Shown here: one piece after another, positions 27,891 through 36,738 of the stretch
How the letters are laid out: every line of letters begins with the position of its first letter
Position numbering within the stretch: the first letter of the stretch is position 1
Assembly: GCA_947463345.1 (NCBI GenBank)
Contig: CANHSA010000001.1
Location: 1 to 48,487 of the forward strand
From: Flavobacteriales bacterium
Lineage (GTDB): Bacteria > Bacteroidota > Bacteroidia > Flavobacteriales_D > Crocinitomicaceae
Direction: 5' to 3'
DNA length: 48,487 nucleotides
The notes under the pieces: model-generated
Seen by the model: the letters and a program-made list of their open reading frames with translations, nothing else
What the model was told of the DNA's origin: nothing
Database searches by the model: none
Translations under genes and position numbers: made by a program

Positions 27891-29420
27891 ATGACAGTTC
27901 AAAAACCTATTCAACGCGCCCTCATTTCAGTATTTTACAAAGATGGCCTTGCCCCAATCGTAGAAAAACTTCATGCGCAACAAGTAGAAATTTTATCTAC
28001 CGGAGGCACACTTGCTTTTATTCAAGAAATGGGCATTCCAGTTACTGCCGTTGAAGACGTTACCAAATTTCCAGAAATTTTAGGCGGTCGCGTTAAAACC
28101 TTACACCCTGCCATTTTTGGAGGCATTCTAAATCGCAGAGATTTCGCTCCAGATCAAGCTCATATGGCTGAACATCAATTGGGTTCCATTGACTTAGTCA
28201 TTGTCGATCTTTATCCTTTTGAACAAACCGTAACATCTGGTGCCAACCATGAAGATATCATTGAAAAAATAGACATCGGCGGTATTTCTTTGATCCGTGC
28301 AGCAGCTAAAAACTACAACGATGTTGTAATCATTCCGAGCGTTAAGCAATATGCACAACTCCTCGACATCCTCAACACTCAAGGTGCTCAAACCAATTTA
28401 GAACAACGCCATGCGTTTGCCGCTGAAGCATTTCATGTGTCTTCTCACTACGACACCATGATCCATCAGTACTTTATGAATGGACAAAGCACCAATCTTA
28501 AAATCAGCGAAGAAAAACAAAGCCCGCTTCGCTACGGCGAAAACCCACATCAAAAAGGTATTTTCTACGGTGATATAGAAGCATTATTTACCAAATTACA
28601 CGGAAAAGAACTGTCTTACAACAACTTACTCGATGTCGATGCGGCTGTTCGCCTCATGCAAGAGTACAAACAAGACGGCCCTACTTTCGCCATCTTAAAA
28701 CACAACAACGCTTGCGGGTTGGCTACACGCCCAACGCTCAAAGCGGCCTATGAAGACGCATTAGCTGCCGACCCAGTTAGCGCATTCGGCGGAATCCTCA
28801 TCGCCAATAAAGAGATAGATCTTTCTACCGCAACTTTGGTCAACGAACTTTTCTGCGAAGTACTTATTGCTCCGGCCTATTCTGAAGATGCCCTAGCGCT
28901 CTTGCAGTCTAAAAAGAACCGCATTATCTTGATTCAAAAAGAAGTTGAGTTACCAAAAACACTTGTCAGAAGTGCCTTAAATGGCTACCTTGTTCAGGAT
29001 GCCGATTTAGCATCCGAAACTGCTGCGCAGCTAGAAGTCAAAACAAAATTAGCGCCAAGTGCCGCTGAAATCGACGACCTCCTTTTTGCTAACAAATTAG
29101 TCAAACATACGAAATCCAATACCATTATTTTGGCAAAAGGCGGACAACTCCTCGCTAGTGGCACAGGTCAAACATCTCGTGTAGACGCACTCAAGCAAGC
29201 TATTCACAAGGCGAAAAGCTTTGGTTTTGACCTCAATGGCGCCGTAATGTCCAGCGATGCATTTTTCCCTTTCCCTGACTGTGTCGAAATTGCACACCTC
29301 GAAGGCATCAATGCGGTTATTCAGCCAGGCGGCTCTGTCAAAGATGATCTTTCCATTACATACTGTGATGAAAACCAAATGAAAATGGTCTTTACTGGAG
29401 TGCGCCATTTTAAACATTAA
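27891..29420 (+). CDS. purH: Bifunctional AICAR transformylase / IMP cyclohydrolase
   Basis: The translation has RALISVFYKDGL, GGRVKTLHP and the C-terminal IQPGGSVKD...RHFKH. I set the start at ATG 27891. A TACCTTTG -7-like box lies at 27867-27874. Confidence 0.95.
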   Translation: MTVQKPIQRALISVFYKDGLAPIVEKLHAQQVEILSTGGTLAFIQEMGIPVTAVEDVTKFPEILGGRVKTLHPAIFGGILNRRDFAPDQAHMAEHQLGSIDLVIVDLYPFEQTVTSGANHEDIIEKIDIGGISLIRAAAKNYNDVVIIPSVKQYAQLLDILNTQGAQTNLEQRHAFAAEAFHVSSHYDTMIHQYFMNGQSTNLKISEEKQSPLRYGENPHQKGIFYGDIEALFTKLHGKELSYNNLLDVDAAVRLMQEYKQDGPTFAILKHNNACGLATRPTLKAAYEDALAADPVSAFGGILIANKEIDLSTATLVNELFCEVLIAPAYSEDALALLQSKKNRIILIQKEVELPKTLVRSALNGYLVQDADLASETAAQLEVKTKLAPSAAEIDDLLFANKLVKHTKSNTIILAKGGQLLASGTGQTSRVDALKQAIHKAKSFGFDLNGAVMSSDAFFPFPDCVEIAHLEGINAVIQPGGSVKDDLSITYCDENQMKMVFTGVRHFKH

Positions 29421-29520
29421 ATGATTTAGTGAAACTTTTTCACAATTGTGTACTACAAACGTAACCTTTCAACGTCTTCTACGAATAAGAAGAAATTACA
29501 AAAACCAATAAGCGCTTAAA

Positions 29521-30546
29521 ATGGGCCTTTTTAACTTTCTTACACAGGAAATCGCCATTGACCTCGGTACGGCAAACACCCTGATTATATGGAACGACAA
29601 AGTTGTTGTCGACGAACCTTCAATTGTAGCCAAAGATATCCAAACGGGTAAGGTGGTGGCAATCGGACGAAAGGCACAACAAATGCATGGTAAAACGCAC
29701 AAACTGATTGAAACAGTTCGTCCGTTAAAAGATGGTGTAATTGCCGACTTCCAAAGTGCCGAACAAATGATCAAAGGCATGATCAAAATGATCAATCCTG
29801 GCCGCAGCCTATTTAATCCAACGCTCCGCATGGTTATTTGTATACCATCCGGAATTACAGAAGTTGAAAAGCGTGCCGTTCAAGATTCCGCTGAACACGC
29901 TGGCGCTAAAGAAGTTTACCTCATCCACGAACCAATGGCTGCCGCAATTGGTATTGGTATAGACGTCGAAGAGCCTATGGGCAACATGATCATCGACATA
30001 GGTGGTGGTACTTCAGAAATTGCCGTAATTGCCCTTGGAGGTATCGTTTGTGATAAATCGATTCGCATTGCAGGAGACGACTTCACTAGTGACATCGAAG
30101 AATACATGCGTCGTCAACACAACATCTTAGTTGGTGAACGCACAGCGGAGCAAATCAAAATTGAAGTTGGAGCAGCGCTTCCTGAACTCGAAAACCCACC
30201 TGCCGATTTCGCAGTACGTGGCCGTGACCTCATGACCGGTATTCCAAAAGAAATCATGGTTTCTTACCAAGAAGTGGCGCATGCGCTTGACAAAACCATC
30301 TCTAAAATTGAGGAGGCTATCTTAAGTGCACTCGAAATGACCCCGCCTGAACTATCTGCCGATATATACAAAACAGGGATTTACCTAGCCGGTGGTGGCT
30401 CGATGCTCCGCGGCCTCGACAAACGTATATCTGCCAAGACTAAACTTCCGGTACACATCGCCGAAGATCCGCTCAGAGCAGTAGCGCGCGGCACGAGTAT
30501 CGCACTCAAGAACATCGATAAGTATCCGTTCTTAATGGGTAGATAA
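29521..30546 (+). CDS. mreB: Rod-shape-determining protein MreB
   Basis: It has actin-like ATPase motifs: IAIDLGTANT, DIGGGTSEIAV and LAGGGSMLRGLD. Confidence 0.95.
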   Translation: MGLFNFLTQEIAIDLGTANTLIIWNDKVVVDEPSIVAKDIQTGKVVAIGRKAQQMHGKTHKLIETVRPLKDGVIADFQSAEQMIKGMIKMINPGRSLFNPTLRMVICIPSGITEVEKRAVQDSAEHAGAKEVYLIHEPMAAAIGIGIDVEEPMGNMIIDIGGGTSEIAVIALGGIVCDKSIRIAGDDFTSDIEEYMRRQHNILVGERTAEQIKIEVGAALPELENPPADFAVRGRDLMTGIPKEIMVSYQEVAHALDKTISKIEEAILSALEMTPPELSADIYKTGIYLAGGGSMLRGLDKRISAKTKLPVHIAEDPLRAVARGTSIALKNIDKYPFLMGR

Positions 30547-30571
30547 AATTATCCTCAAGGACGCTGCTTTG

Positions 30572-31792
30572 CTATTCTAAAGCGTTTTCAATTTCTTGCT
30601 TGTATTTTTTAACAAGGTCTGTATAAGCTTCTCCAGTTGCTGGACCACTAAATCCGGTATGAATAGCAATAATCTTTCCTTGCTGATCCACTAACATCGC
30701 TGTAGGAAAGCTCATGATGCCATTCAGCATTGGAAATCTTGCCGAAGCTGCATCTTTACTAGACGTCCCTGCCAAATAAACCGGATAATTAACATTCATC
30801 GACTTCATCCAGTTCTTCAAACGAGCTCTTTGTTTTTTGGTGTCAGCACCCACTTCAAAGGCTAAGGCCATTACACGAAGTCCTTTGCTTCCGTATTCGG
30901 ACTGCAGCTCCTGCAACAATTTGGTTTCATCTAAACAATTCGGACACCACGTTCCCATGATTTGAATCAAGGTGAGTTGTTTTTCTGCAGCTAAATCAAT
31001 AGTTGTTTTTCTACCATTCATTTTGATGAGGTCTTTCAACAATACAGGCTCGTCGCGCTTGATTAAGTAAGTGAGGCTGCTTTCGTCGCGCAATTGAACA
31101 GTTTCATCTTTTATCGCTTTAAAAGGGGACCTTGACTTGCCGCCACTATAAAAAACACCAGACATTTCATTGCTGCCATTTAAATCCGCCTCCACTACAA
31201 AGGCCCAATAACCGGTATAGGTCTGTAAATGTAATTTGCCATTAGCCGCAAAGCCATGCAAATAACGATAATCGCCGGTTTCACTGAGAAAACTTCCGAA
31301 AATACGCCCATTCATTTCTTGCTGAAATACACCTACCAACACTTCTTCATTTGGCGTGCCTGGCTCAAACAGTACTTTCCATCTACCGAATAATTCCGGA
31401 AAGATACTATCAGGTTTTGCTAACATTTCTAAAAGCGTCATGTACAAGTGAATCGGATAGCGAACCGGAACTTTTTTATTGTAGTTGATCCACCAACCTC
31501 TGGCCTCAGAAAAATCCTTTTCAAAAGCCACTCTCCATTCTGCATCTTGTGCAGGGAATTGATAAACGATGGTGTCGCCTATCCGTTTTTTTACGGACAA
31601 CTGATAAACTTCCTTGCCATTGAATATGGTAATGGGTGCTTTGTTATTAAGCGCTGCGATTGAAGCATTTACTTGCATTTGCAAGCGATCATTGAGCTGG
31701 ATGTCGACAATAAGGGGGTGGTCTTTGGCGTTTTGTGCTAATAGAAATTGCGCATAAAAAAGTATGGCTAGTGTATAAATATAGTATCGCAT
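30572..31792 (-). CDS. Exported TlpA/peroxiredoxin-like thioredoxin-fold protein with a ~260-aa N-terminal domain
   Basis: It has a signal peptide (LFYAQFLLAQN) and a C-terminal thioredoxin-like domain (IMGTWCPNCLDE, cis-Pro MSFPTAML). Confidence 0.75.
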   Translation of the reverse strand: MRYYIYTLAILFYAQFLLAQNAKDHPLIVDIQLNDRLQMQVNASIAALNNKAPITIFNGKEVYQLSVKKRIGDTIVYQFPAQDAEWRVAFEKDFSEARGWWINYNKKVPVRYPIHLYMTLLEMLAKPDSIFPELFGRWKVLFEPGTPNEEVLVGVFQQEMNGRIFGSFLSETGDYRYLHGFAANGKLHLQTYTGYWAFVVEADLNGSNEMSGVFYSGGKSRSPFKAIKDETVQLRDESSLTYLIKRDEPVLLKDLIKMNGRKTTIDLAAEKQLTLIQIMGTWCPNCLDETKLLQELQSEYGSKGLRVMALAFEVGADTKKQRARLKNWMKSMNVNYPVYLAGTSSKDAASARFPMLNGIMSFPTAMLVDQQGKIIAIHTGFSGPATGEAYTDLVKKYKQEIENALE

Positions 31793-31896
31793 GACTTAAA
31801 TCAACATTAGGATGAAACACGAAATTAAAAGAAATAAACTATCTTGCTTCGCACATGCAACTTTTTCAAAACATATTACGTCAGGGCTAAGGAGTG

Positions 31897-32424
31897 ATGG
31901 ATGAACAAGAACTCATACAAGATTGTGTTGCTGCTCGTCCGAAGGCTCAAAAAGCGTTGTTTGACATCTATGCCCCAAAGCTTTACGTCGTGTGTTTGCG
32001 TTATTTAAAAGACCAAATGCGTGCACAAGACGTCTTGCAAGATACCTTCGTTAAAATATTTGCCAATATCGGCAACTACAAATCGGAGGGTGCTTTTGAA
32101 GGTTGGCTCAAGAAAATTGCTGTCAATACCTGCCTTGACCAACTTCGCAAAGACAAAAAACTCATGACCGACGTCTCTATCGACGACGTCAGCCACAAAC
32201 TTTCTACCGATAGTTTCAGCGCAGAAAAACTCATGGCCGATGACCTCCTCAAATTGGTCCAGGCTCTGCCAGATGGTTACCGAACCGTTTTTAACCTCTT
32301 TGCTATTGAAGGCTATTCGCATCAAGAGATTGCCCAACAACTCGGCGTCTCAGAAAGCACATCCAAAACACAATACTTGCGCGCTAGGGCCTATTTGAAA
32401 GACCGTATTGAAAACATAGATTAA
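31897..32424 (+). CDS. ECF-type RNA polymerase sigma-70 family factor
   Basis: Region 2 reads DVLQDTFVKIF...EGWLKKIAVNTCLDQLR. Region 4 has an HTH (GYSHQEIAQQLGVSESTSKTQYLRAR). Confidence 0.85.
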   Translation: MDEQELIQDCVAARPKAQKALFDIYAPKLYVVCLRYLKDQMRAQDVLQDTFVKIFANIGNYKSEGAFEGWLKKIAVNTCLDQLRKDKKLMTDVSIDDVSHKLSTDSFSAEKLMADDLLKLVQALPDGYRTVFNLFAIEGYSHQEIAQQLGVSESTSKTQYLRARAYLKDRIENID

Positions 32425-33267
32425 ATGAGCGAAAAAGACTACATCAAAGAACTCTTTGCCAAAGGCCTCCAAGACCACCAAGTCTCGGTAGACCCTGCTT
32501 TGTGGTCTTCGATTTCTTCTTCAATTGGAGCCAGCACTGCCAAAGCGGGGCTCAGTATTTTAACTAAAACACTTATTGGTGTGGCGGCTAGTTCCGTTGT
32601 TGCCGTCGCTGTTTATTTTTCAGTCCAAGCTAATTCCAAAGCCGAAACAACTCAAACAAAAGAACTTCAAAAGGAAGCTAAAGAAATTAATCCTGCTCAA
32701 AAATCAGCAAATACCCATTTCAAAGAAACAATTGGTATAGAAGAAACACAAGTTGTTTTGGAGCAAAATAACAACGTCAATATTCCTACTGAAGACACCG
32801 TTTTCAATATTCCGGTTTTACAAACCAATGCTACCCCTACGCAAAACCAAAGTGTAGTACCTTCAGCACTGATCCCGCACTCTATCCCAGCCAACATCCC
32901 GAACAACGCTAGCACAAGCTCCACGCCAAGCGTTGCGCCAAGAACAAATATCAACAGCCAAGCTCAGGCACAAGTTTTGCCAAAACAATACCGAATTTCC
33001 CTGCCAAATATCTTCACACCAAATGGCGACGGCCAAAACGAAACCCTCCAAATCGAATGGAAACAACAACAAATTGAAGACTTCAGTATTGTCGTATTGA
33101 ACCAAACTAACAATGTTGTTTTCAGCAGTAGTAACCCTGAATTCAGTTGGGACGCCACCGACCCGAGTGGTGAAAAAATAGCGCGTGGCACCTACATCTA
33201 TTTTGTTACAGGTATGCTCAATGGCCAAAAATGGCAGCAATCGAGCAGTTTGCAAATTCAATACTAA
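32425..33267 (+). CDS. Single-pass membrane protein (anti-sigma position) ending in a T9SS type-B (CHU_C / gliding-motility-associated) C-terminal domain
   Basis: It starts immediately after the sigma gene's stop (TAAATG). It has one TM segment (LIGVAASSVVAVAVYFSV). The C-terminus reads PNIFTPNGDGQNETL...WDATDPSGEKIARGTYIYFV. Confidence 0.6.
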   Translation: MSEKDYIKELFAKGLQDHQVSVDPALWSSISSSIGASTAKAGLSILTKTLIGVAASSVVAVAVYFSVQANSKAETTQTKELQKEAKEINPAQKSANTHFKETIGIEETQVVLEQNNNVNIPTEDTVFNIPVLQTNATPTQNQSVVPSALIPHSIPANIPNNASTSSTPSVAPRTNINSQAQAQVLPKQYRISLPNIFTPNGDGQNETLQIEWKQQQIEDFSIVVLNQTNNVVFSSSNPEFSWDATDPSGEKIARGTYIYFVTGMLNGQKWQQSSSLQIQY

Positions 33268-33288
33268 AATTATTGCGTAAATTGGCAG

Positions 33289-34194
33289 ATGCCGCTTATC
33301 TACTGCATCACCAACGGAAACAAAAAAATCTCAGCTCGCAATCAACATATCTTAGCAGAGCTTCAGCAATTTTTTGGTCAACAATTTCAAGTTTTTAATA
33401 GCGTTAATCCTTCAGATGCGCTTCGCTTCATTCATACCTTAAGTCAAGAATGCACGCACTTGATTGGTGTGGGCGGCGACGGCACTTTTAATGTGCTCAT
33501 CAATGGCGTTTGCAGCCATTCGAATCCCGAATTTCAACCCGTACTTGGTATCATTCCAAATGGTACAGGCAATGATTTTTTCAGATCTGCAGGATTTGAC
33601 AAAAAATATAACTTTCAAGCTCATATAGAAGAGGGTTCTTTTGAGCGCTTTGATGTTGGCTTGCTTGAAACTAAAAAGGAGAAGCGCTATTTTGCAAATA
33701 TTTCCGATATCGGTTTTGGTGGTGCTGTGGTATTAGAACTACAAGCTTTCCGTAAGAATTTTGGGCCAAATTTTTCTTATGGTTTGGCTATCGTCAAGAC
33801 GTTTTTAAGTTATAAAAGACCCCAAGTCACGATCCATTCAGAGGACTACCAATATGCAGGCGAATTACTACTGGCTGCATTTTGCAATGGCAGTATTTTT
33901 GGAGATGGTTTACATATTCATCCCGGCGCTCAAATCAATGATGGAAAGCTGAAGCTCACGCTATTAGGAAAAGTTTCTTTACTCGATTATGTTAAAAATG
34001 TAATGAAGGTAAAGAGAGGGAAGAAGATCCAACATCCGGAAGCACATTATTTAAATGTTTCATTTCCAATTCACCTCAATTGCACAAATCAAATATTGCA
34101 TGCCGAAACAGATGGTGAGTATATTGGAGGAAGCGAATTCAAGATAGATTTATATCCAAGAATGTTGAAATTACTTCCCGTTAAGAATGCTTAG
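33289..34194 (+). CDS. Diacylglycerol/lipid kinase family protein (YegS/BmrU-like)
   Basis: It has the DAGK catalytic-domain motifs GVGGDGTFNVLING and IIPNGTGNDF. Confidence 0.8.
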   Translation: MPLIYCITNGNKKISARNQHILAELQQFFGQQFQVFNSVNPSDALRFIHTLSQECTHLIGVGGDGTFNVLINGVCSHSNPEFQPVLGIIPNGTGNDFFRSAGFDKKYNFQAHIEEGSFERFDVGLLETKKEKRYFANISDIGFGGAVVLELQAFRKNFGPNFSYGLAIVKTFLSYKRPQVTIHSEDYQYAGELLLAAFCNGSIFGDGLHIHPGAQINDGKLKLTLLGKVSLLDYVKNVMKVKRGKKIQHPEAHYLNVSFPIHLNCTNQILHAETDGEYIGGSEFKIDLYPRMLKLLPVKNA

Positions 34195-34215
34195 TTTACT
34201 TATCTTTGAAACAAG

Positions 34216-34872
34216 ATGAAAAGAAGCATCATCATTACAGCTGGCGGCATTGGAAAACGCATGGAAAGCGAACTTCCCAAGCAATTTTTACGCCTAGGCG
34301 ACAAGCCTGTTTTGCTGCACACGCTAGAGCGCTTTTTTGCCTTTGATCCAACTGCTCAGTTGCTGCTTACACTCCCCAAAGATTGGCTTAGTTATTGGCA
34401 AACCATTTTGGCCGAATACAACATCCAAATTCCGCACGAGCTCGTTGACGGCGGCCTCGAACGCTTTCATTCGATACAAAACGCACTTGAAAAATGTACG
34501 GGCGATCAAATTGCTATTCACGATGGCGTGCGGCCACTAGTAAGCCTTGCTACTATTGAAAGATGTTTTGCTGGTCTGAATAAAGCAACTGCAGTAGTCC
34601 CTGTGTTGGGTTTAAAAGATTCTCTTCGTAAGGGTGTTTTTGAAAATTCAGAAAGTGTAGACAGAGCTCAGTATTTTCTGGTGCACACCCCACAGTGTTT
34701 TGATGCGCAAACGCTCAAAAAAGCCTACTTACAAGGTTACCTGTCTCGTTTTACCGACGATGCAAGCGTTGTGGAGGCAATTGGAATTTGCCCTCTTCTG
34801 GTCTTGAGCAATGAAGAAAACATCAAAATTACGAGCCCTATCGATTTAAAAATCTTAAGCGCACTCCTTTAA
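34216..34872 (+). CDS. ispD: 2-C-methyl-D-erythritol 4-phosphate cytidylyltransferase
   Basis: It has IIITAGGIGKRM, VAIHDGVRP and the expected length and pattern of IspD. Confidence 0.85.
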   Translation: MKRSIIITAGGIGKRMESELPKQFLRLGDKPVLLHTLERFFAFDPTAQLLLTLPKDWLSYWQTILAEYNIQIPHELVDGGLERFHSIQNALEKCTGDQIAIHDGVRPLVSLATIERCFAGLNKATAVVPVLGLKDSLRKGVFENSESVDRAQYFLVHTPQCFDAQTLKKAYLQGYLSRFTDDASVVEAIGICPLLVLSNEENIKITSPIDLKILSALL

Positions 34873-34874
34873 GA

Positions 34875-35777
34875 ATGACTCTAATTGCCCCTCCCGCTTT
34901 ACAAATTGGCGACATCGTATATCTCTGTGCGCCGGCCAAAGCCATCGAAGAAAACTATGTGCTCGCTGCTGAAAAATGGTTACAAAGCATAGGCCTTCGT
35001 GCCATTAGGAGTAAACATTTAACAAGCAGGCATCACTATTTTTCGGGAACTGAACTCGAACGCTTGGCCGACTTACAAGAAGGACTCGACCATCCGGAAG
35101 CAAAAGCTATTTGGTGTGCGCGAGGCGGTTACGGTTGTATACAAATTGCAGATGGCTTGCAATGGGCACAATTTATCAGAGCACCCAAATGGGTAGTTGG
35201 ATTTTCTGATATCTGTGTGTTGCACCATCAAATTCAAGCTATAGGTTTTCAGAGTATTCATGCTACCATGGCACTGAACATTGATAAAAACAGTGCGTTG
35301 GCCAAACAACGTCTGCACGAATTGCTTTTTGGTCAAAAAAAATCATTTGAACTAGCCACAAACAACGCCAATAAATTAGGAAGCGCAAGCGGCATTTTGA
35401 TTGGAGGAAACCTGAGTATTCTTTTCAGTATGTTGGCTACGCCTGAACGCTACAACTTCTCAGAAAGCATATTATTTTTTGAAGATTTAGCTGAACACCT
35501 CTATCACATTGACCGCATGCTCCATGCCTTGCGCAAGAGTGGTGCGCTCGATCAAATCAATGGATTAGTGATTGGCGGCATGACTGACTTAGAAGACACC
35601 GATGTGCCGTTTGGCAAATCAATTGAAGCCCTTATTTTAGATCATTTCAAGTACCGGAAAATTCCAATTTGCTTTGATTTTCCTGCAGGGCATATCGACG
35701 ATAATCAAGCCTTGCTTTTTGGCACAAGCGTCGAATTAAACGTCAATGAAAATACTAGCACTTTAAACTATCTATAA
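34875..35777 (+). CDS. LD-carboxypeptidase (peptidase S66, LdcA-like)
   Basis: The translation has GDIVYLCAPA, ARGGYG, GFSDICVLH (nucleophile Ser) and DFPAGH. Confidence 0.8.
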   Translation: MTLIAPPALQIGDIVYLCAPAKAIEENYVLAAEKWLQSIGLRAIRSKHLTSRHHYFSGTELERLADLQEGLDHPEAKAIWCARGGYGCIQIADGLQWAQFIRAPKWVVGFSDICVLHHQIQAIGFQSIHATMALNIDKNSALAKQRLHELLFGQKKSFELATNNANKLGSASGILIGGNLSILFSMLATPERYNFSESILFFEDLAEHLYHIDRMLHALRKSGALDQINGLVIGGMTDLEDTDVPFGKSIEALILDHFKYRKIPICFDFPAGHIDDNQALLFGTSVELNVNENTSTLNYL

Positions 35778-35818
35778 TCGTTCTAAATAGCCTTTTTATA
35801 GAGATTATCTTGGCAACA

Positions 35819-35852
35819 TTTGTTACAATTAAATGTTGTTCAGTTAAATTTG
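35819..35852 (+). promoter_or_regulatory. Candidate sdhCAB promoter
   Basis: TTTG (35819-35822) is followed by 22 nt and then TAAATTTG (35845-35852, a perfect TAnnTTTG). This lies 24 nt upstream of ATG 35877. Confidence 0.4.
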
Positions 35853-35876
35853 CACCACTACAAATGAAAGATTCTT

Positions 35877-36728
35877 ATGAGTAACTCTGTAATTTTTAAA
35901 TCCTCCATCGGCAAGAAGGTCTTTATGGCCCTCACCGGGCTTTTCCTGTGTACGTTTTTGGTTGGCCACCTTTTAGGAAACCTTCAACTTATTCTCAAAA
36001 CCGGTGAAGAAGGCCGACGCGCATTCAATGAATACGCTTACTTCATGGGGCACAATCCCTTTATTAAAATTCTTTCTTATGTCACCTATGCAGCGGTCAT
36101 CATTCACATCATTGATGGTTTTGCACTTACCATTCAAAACAAAAAAGCCCGACCAGTTGCATATGCCTACAACAAACCGGCAGCCAATTCAAGTTCAGCA
36201 AGCCGCAGTATGGCCATTTTAGGAACGCTCATCTTGGTGTTTTTGGCAACACATATGGCTAACTTCTGGTGGAAAATGAAAATCAAAGAAGACGTTCCGC
36301 TTCATACTTACAAACTCGAAATGGACAACCCAATGATGGGTGCAGCCAATGCAGAACTCTACTACACCCATGTGCCAGGTATTCAGCCTATTCCAAAGGA
36401 CGGTAAAAATATTGTAGAGAAAGGAACTGACCTCTACATCAAAGGCACCAATGTAAAAGTGGCTGAAGGCTACCGCGACCTTCACGGTCTTGTCATGGAC
36501 TTTTTCAATAAAAGCAAAAATGAAGGGGCGCTTTTTGCCGTATTGTTTTACGTGATCTCAATGATTGTTTTGGCCTACCACCTTTTACATGGGTTCCAAA
36601 GTGCTTTCCAATCTCTGGGCATCAATCATCCAAAATACACCCCGCTGATCAAAATCATCGGAACTGGCTTTGCTGTCATTGTTCCGTTATTGTTTGCGAT
36701 CATTCCCATTATTATTTACAACCTCTAG
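35877..36728 (+). CDS. sdhC: Succinate dehydrogenase/fumarate reductase cytochrome b subunit (b558 family)
   Basis: It lies upstream of sdhA and sdhB. TM helices carry conserved His residues (VGHLLGN, IIHIIDG, ATHMANFWW, YHLLHGFQSAFQSLG). Confidence 0.8.
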   Translation: MSNSVIFKSSIGKKVFMALTGLFLCTFLVGHLLGNLQLILKTGEEGRRAFNEYAYFMGHNPFIKILSYVTYAAVIIHIIDGFALTIQNKKARPVAYAYNKPAANSSSASRSMAILGTLILVFLATHMANFWWKMKIKEDVPLHTYKLEMDNPMMGAANAELYYTHVPGIQPIPKDGKNIVEKGTDLYIKGTNVKVAEGYRDLHGLVMDFFNKSKNEGALFAVLFYVISMIVLAYHLLHGFQSAFQSLGINHPKYTPLIKIIGTGFAVIVPLLFAIIPIIIYNL

Positions 36729-36738
36729 GAATTAGGCT

